Assembly (NCBI GenBank): GCA_964431365.1
Contig: CAYSJJ010000001.1
Span: 33,214 to 97,213, forward strand
Source of the DNA: an uncultured Geobacter sp.
Lineage (GTDB): Bacteria; Desulfobacterota; Desulfuromonadia; Geobacterales; DSM-12255
Length of the DNA: 64,000 bases
Reading direction: 5' to 3'
In this document: positions 60,666 through 64,000 of the stretch, in pieces
Layout: the number at the start of each line of letters is the position of its first letter
Numbering within the stretch: the first letter of the stretch is position 1
Program-made: the position numbers and the translations under genes
Notes under the pieces: generated by a model
Told to the model about the DNA's origin: nothing
What the model saw: the letters and a program-made list of their open reading frames with translations, nothing else
The model's database searches: none

Positions 60666-61670
60666 CTAGACGCGGAACGGCTCAACCGCTGCTTCGGAAA
60701 AATCGTTGACCACGGTGAGGAGTTCTTCCCTCCCATCCACCGTAGCTTTCACGGCGCAGTCGGCACCGGCCTCGGCCTTGGTGTAGCGGAGAAGGATCTT
60801 CGCGGCCAGGGAGATGCTTTCCCGTTCCTGGCGTCCCATGACCACCCCCAGCGGACTGCTGCCGTCAACCCAGCGCAGGGAGGTCTCACCCGGCTGTGTA
60901 GCCGCTTCCAGGAGGTTGTTGTCCGCTTCGCTCCGGCCGATGAGCACCTTGGTGCGCTCGCCGAGGCGGAAATGGCGGGCGATCTTCAACATCCGGAAAT
61001 CCCTCGGGTTCAGGTCGTCGCTGTGGTCGAACACGTCTCTGACCTTGGGGACGAAGGAGGTCTCGGTCAACAGGCAGCCTCCGGCCGGGCAGGGGTAGTT
61101 CTTCACGTCCAGTTCGTCAGCCAGCTGGATCTGGTCTTTGCGTGACCTCCCCTTGAAGGCGAGGAGCTTGCTCCGGTCGACCCACCCCTCGCGCTCAGGG
61201 ATGGTCGGCTCGAAAAACTGTGCCGAAAGCGGGCGGAGCAGCAGCCCTTCCAGACCGCTTTCCCGTTCGATCACCCGCAGCGTGTCGCGTCGCTGGCTCA
61301 TGGGGCGCTGTCCCAGCACCTCGCCGGTGATGACGAAATCGGCCCCACTCTCTTCCATATACTCCTTGGCCCTGCGGAGCAGGTAGATGCGGCAGTCGAT
61401 GCAGGGGTTCAGCCCCTTGCCGTAGCCGTGGCGGGGGCGCCTGACGACCTCCAGGTAGTCGACTCCCTTGTGCATGACCTTGATCGGGATGCCGAACTCT
61501 TCGGCGACGCGGATCGCTTCGGATTTGCAGCCGGCGTTCTTGCCGGTGCAGGTGCAGAACGGGGAGGTGAAATTGAGGGCTTCCACGGCGATTCCCTGGT
61601 CGAGCATGACCTTGACCGCAAGCGTGGAGTCGAGCCCGCCGGAAAGGAGGGCGAGGGCCTTGCGCTGCAT
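60666..61670 (-). CDS. ThiI/MnmA-like PP-loop tRNA sulfurtransferase (no THUMP domain)
   Basis: LLSGGLDS, NPCIDC, TGEVLGQRPMSQ, LRPLSA and PAGGC. Confidence 0.85.
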   Translation of the reverse strand: MQRKALALLSGGLDSTLAVKVMLDQGIAVEALNFTSPFCTCTGKNAGCKSEAIRVAEEFGIPIKVMHKGVDYLEVVRRPRHGYGKGLNPCIDCRIYLLRRAKEYMEESGADFVITGEVLGQRPMSQRRDTLRVIERESGLEGLLLRPLSAQFFEPTIPEREGWVDRSKLLAFKGRSRKDQIQLADELDVKNYPCPAGGCLLTETSFVPKVRDVFDHSDDLNPRDFRMLKIARHFRLGERTKVLIGRSEADNNLLEAATQPGETSLRWVDGSSPLGVVMGRQERESISLAAKILLRYTKAEAGADCAVKATVDGREELLTVVNDFSEAAVEPFRV

Positions 61671-61810
61671 GGTGTCTCCTGTGGTCCCATGGTGCAGCCT
61701 ATCCGGGGAGGGCGCGCCACACTACGGTACCGATGTGATGGGTGAAACAGAGAGTATCAATAAGGGGACCGGCACGGAAAGTCAACGGGTTTCTTGTTGC
61801 CGTGGCCGGA

Positions 61811-61998
61811 ATCCGTGACGGGTACCACGCCGCTTCGCTCCGACTGCCACTCGCACCACCGCTGTACGGCTCATTACGCTACCGGCCTGAAACTCGCCCT
61901 GACGGGCTCAGACAATCAGGCCGGTGGCCGCTCCATTTCGCCTACAGCGGCAGGTGCTCAGGCAGAGTCGCTCCGACGGCGCGGTACCCGTCACGGAT
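61811..61998 (+). repeat. Family B structured repeat, copy 4
   Basis: Ends ATCCGTGACGGGTACCACGCCG/CGGCGCGGTACCCGTCACGGAT plus the conserved core; abuts the azlD stop. Confidence 0.93.
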
Positions 61999-62324
61999 CA
62001 GACGAGCAGCTTCTCCGCCAGCCAGTAGAGCAGCATGCCGAAGACCACGGTGCCACCCAGCGAGCGAGTCTTCAGGGCAAAGACGAAGGTGGGGATCGCG
62101 GCCAGGAACTCGGGCCTGAGAAGTTCTAGCCGTCGAGGGTCGGAGGAGGCGAAGACGGCGGGGGCTACGAGGGCGCCGAGGATGGCGGCGGGGATGAGGT
62201 CGAGCCATTCGGTGAGCCAGGGGGGGAGCTGCCTCCGGGAAAGGAAGAGGAGCGGCGCCAGCCGGGGAAGATAGGTCGCCAGGGACATGCCGGCTATCAG
62301 CAGGAGGTAGTCGCGGCCGATCAT
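61998..62324 (-). CDS. azlD: AzlD-family branched-chain amino acid exporter, small subunit
   Basis: ATYLPRLAP, IPAAILGALVAP and TRSL..TV..G. Confidence 0.88.
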   Translation of the reverse strand: MIGRDYLLLIAGMSLATYLPRLAPLLFLSRRQLPPWLTEWLDLIPAAILGALVAPAVFASSDPRRLELLRPEFLAAIPTFVFALKTRSLGGTVVFGMLLYWLAEKLLV

Positions 62325-63037
62325 CGGTCGCTCCGCCTACGATTGCGGCGCCTCTTCAGGCAGAGGACGAGGGTTGCGGCGCCCAGTGCGGACAGGAAGA
62401 CATAAGCGTTCCCCGGGAGGAGGAGGTAGCAGGAGAGGGAGAGGCTACCGCCGATGATCGCGGTGACCCAGTAGATCCTTCCCCTCAGCTGGAAGACCAG
62501 CAGGCAGAGGAACATGCCGGTGAGGGCATAGTCGATGCCGAAGGCCCTCGGCGGGATCAACTGGCCGGCAAAGACACCGGCAACGGTGCTGGCAAACCAG
62601 GTCAGGTTGGCGGCGTGATTCAGGGTCAAGGCGCTCAGCCGGTGCCAGTCGCCGGCGCGGAACCGGGTCATGTTGACGGCATAGCTCTCGTCGGTGACCC
62701 CGTAGGCGAACAGGGTCAGGAACCGGCGGCTGGCCCCCTGCAGGTGGGTGGCGAGTGACGAACTCATCAGGATATGCCGCAGGTTCACCACCAGGGTGGT
62801 GGCTACGATGGACGCGGTGGCCGTCCCGGCGGAGAGCATGGCCGCGGCGATGAACTGGGAGCCGCCGGCAAAGACGAGGAGCGACATCAGCGCCACGTGC
62901 CAGGGGCCGAGCCCCGCCTTCTGGGCCAGCACGCCGAAGGCCAGGCCGATGGGGAGGTAGCCGAGGCAGATGGGCCAAGCGGCTGACAGTCCGTCTCTCA
63001 CCAACCGGCGATTGTGGGGTGCAGCGGTTGCGGGCAT
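62321..63037 (-). CDS. azlC: AzlC-family exporter permease
   Basis: GYLPIGLAFG, MSLLVFAGGSQF, VNLRH and TDESYA. Confidence 0.93.
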   Translation of the reverse strand: MPATAAPHNRRLVRDGLSAAWPICLGYLPIGLAFGVLAQKAGLGPWHVALMSLLVFAGGSQFIAAAMLSAGTATASIVATTLVVNLRHILMSSSLATHLQGASRRFLTLFAYGVTDESYAVNMTRFRAGDWHRLSALTLNHAANLTWFASTVAGVFAGQLIPPRAFGIDYALTGMFLCLLVFQLRGRIYWVTAIIGGSLSLSCYLLLPGNAYVFLSALGAATLVLCLKRRRNRRRSDR

Positions 63038-63139
63038 GGAATCCAAATATATTTGCGGTTCGCTACTGATCGGTACGCAGAACGAGGGAAAAGGTAGGGA
63101 ATCTTTCCAGCCTTGTCAAGGCTGTTGGCGCCAGGCAGG

Positions 63140-64000
63140 TCAGGGGCGCTCCTGGACGATCGAGCCGTCGGGGGCGACGAGGCGGATCCGGAGCCCTCCG
63201 GCACCGGCTGTATGGGTCGCGCAGCTGATGCACGGGTCGTAGGCCCTGATCGCTGTCTGCAGGAGCTGGGAGCTCTTGTCGGTCAGCCTGGCGTCGCGAA
63301 TCTCCCGGCAGGCAATCTCCCGGACTGCCCGGTTCATGGCCGGGTTGTTCTGGACCGTGGCGATCACCAGGTCGATCCGCTCCAGGAGACCGTTTTCGTC
63401 CACCTGGTATGCGTGGCAGAGGGTACCGCGAGGCGCCTCGCAGACCCCGATGCCGGCCGGCTGGTTGACCTCTGCCCGGTAGCGCACCCGCCGATCAGTG
63501 GCAGTCGGGTCGTCCAGCAACTCCTCCAGCTTTTCCAGGGCGGCCAGGATTTCGATGAGCCGGGCGTGGTGGGCGAACAAGATGTCATGGACCGGCCGCG
63601 CGTGGCCGGAGAGCTCTTTCAGGCGCTTCAGTTCAGCATCGGCGCGGCGCGTGCCGGCAGAGGTTGCCAGATTGAGGCGGGCCAGGGGGCCGACCCGGTA
63701 CTCTCCGGCCTCGGCACCCAGCGGCGCGTAATATGGATGCTTCAGGTAGCTCCAGGCCGCTGCCGCTTCCCGCACCAGTTCCGGGAATCTCGCCGGCTCC
63801 ACCCCCTCGGCCAGCAGGTACCCCTCCCGGTCCATGACCGACAGCTCTCCGCCGTAGTAATCAAGGGTCTTTTCGGGGGATGTCATAGCGAGGTAGAGGG
63901 TCGGAAAGTTGCCGAGGCGGCCGGCAAGAGCGAGTCCCGGGTGCATGTCCCGGAACAGCTCGATGGTTGCGCTGGCGATGGCGAGCATGGCCGGCAGCTG
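63140..64000 (-). CDS. hoxH: [NiFe] hydrogenase large subunit, HoxH/group 3-like (5' end lies outside the window)
   Basis: YRVGPLARLN, EAPRGTL.H.Y and L2 motif RAYDPCISCATH followed by a cleavable tail. Confidence 0.85.
   Translation of the reverse strand, partial: QLPAMLAIASATIELFRDMHPGLALAGRLGNFPTLYLAMTSPEKTLDYYGGELSVMDREGYLLAEGVEPARFPELVREAAAAWSYLKHPYYAPLGAEAGEYRVGPLARLNLATSAGTRRADAELKRLKELSGHARPVHDILFAHHARLIEILAALEKLEELLDDPTATDRRVRYRAEVNQPAGIGVCEAPRGTLCHAYQVDENGLLERIDLVIATVQNNPAMNRAVREIACREIRDARLTDKSSQLLQTAIRAYDPCISCATHTAGAGGLRIRLVAPDGSIVQERP

Noticed and set aside
63200..63245. Selenocysteine in the hydrogenase L2 motif
   Set aside because: DPCISC is encoded by ordinary Cys codons with no in-frame TGA.

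Overview
GC-rich chromosomal segment of a Geobacteraceae-like deltaproteobacterium (inferred from gene content). It is mostly core and energy-metabolism genes: an A2-type cytochrome c oxidase operon (coxA partial, coxC, coxD, a two-heme coxB, ctaB), hypABFCD without hypE, futalosine-pathway menaquinone genes (ubiD-like, mqnP, ubiX, mqnE, mqnC), glgP, tex, PBP1A, HU, degP, pepA, prmA/rsmE, tRNA-Gln(CTG), tRNA-Lys(CTT) and the 3' part of a HoxH-type [NiFe] hydrogenase. Notable items: (1) a Dnmt2-type tRNA C38 methyltransferase; (2) a small AT-rich accessory patch (~23.6-25.9 kb) with a homopolymer-frameshifted DUF3800 gene, attC-like boxes and a methyltransferase remnant; (3) dense intergenic palindromic repeats, including six copies of a ~120-bp MITE-like element (family A), four copies of a ~185-bp element whose stems covary while its loops stay conserved (family B), and inverted heptamer arrays bracketing glgP. 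No CRISPR array, transposase, integrase or rRNA was seen. All family assignments come from recognising motifs by eye; no database search was run.
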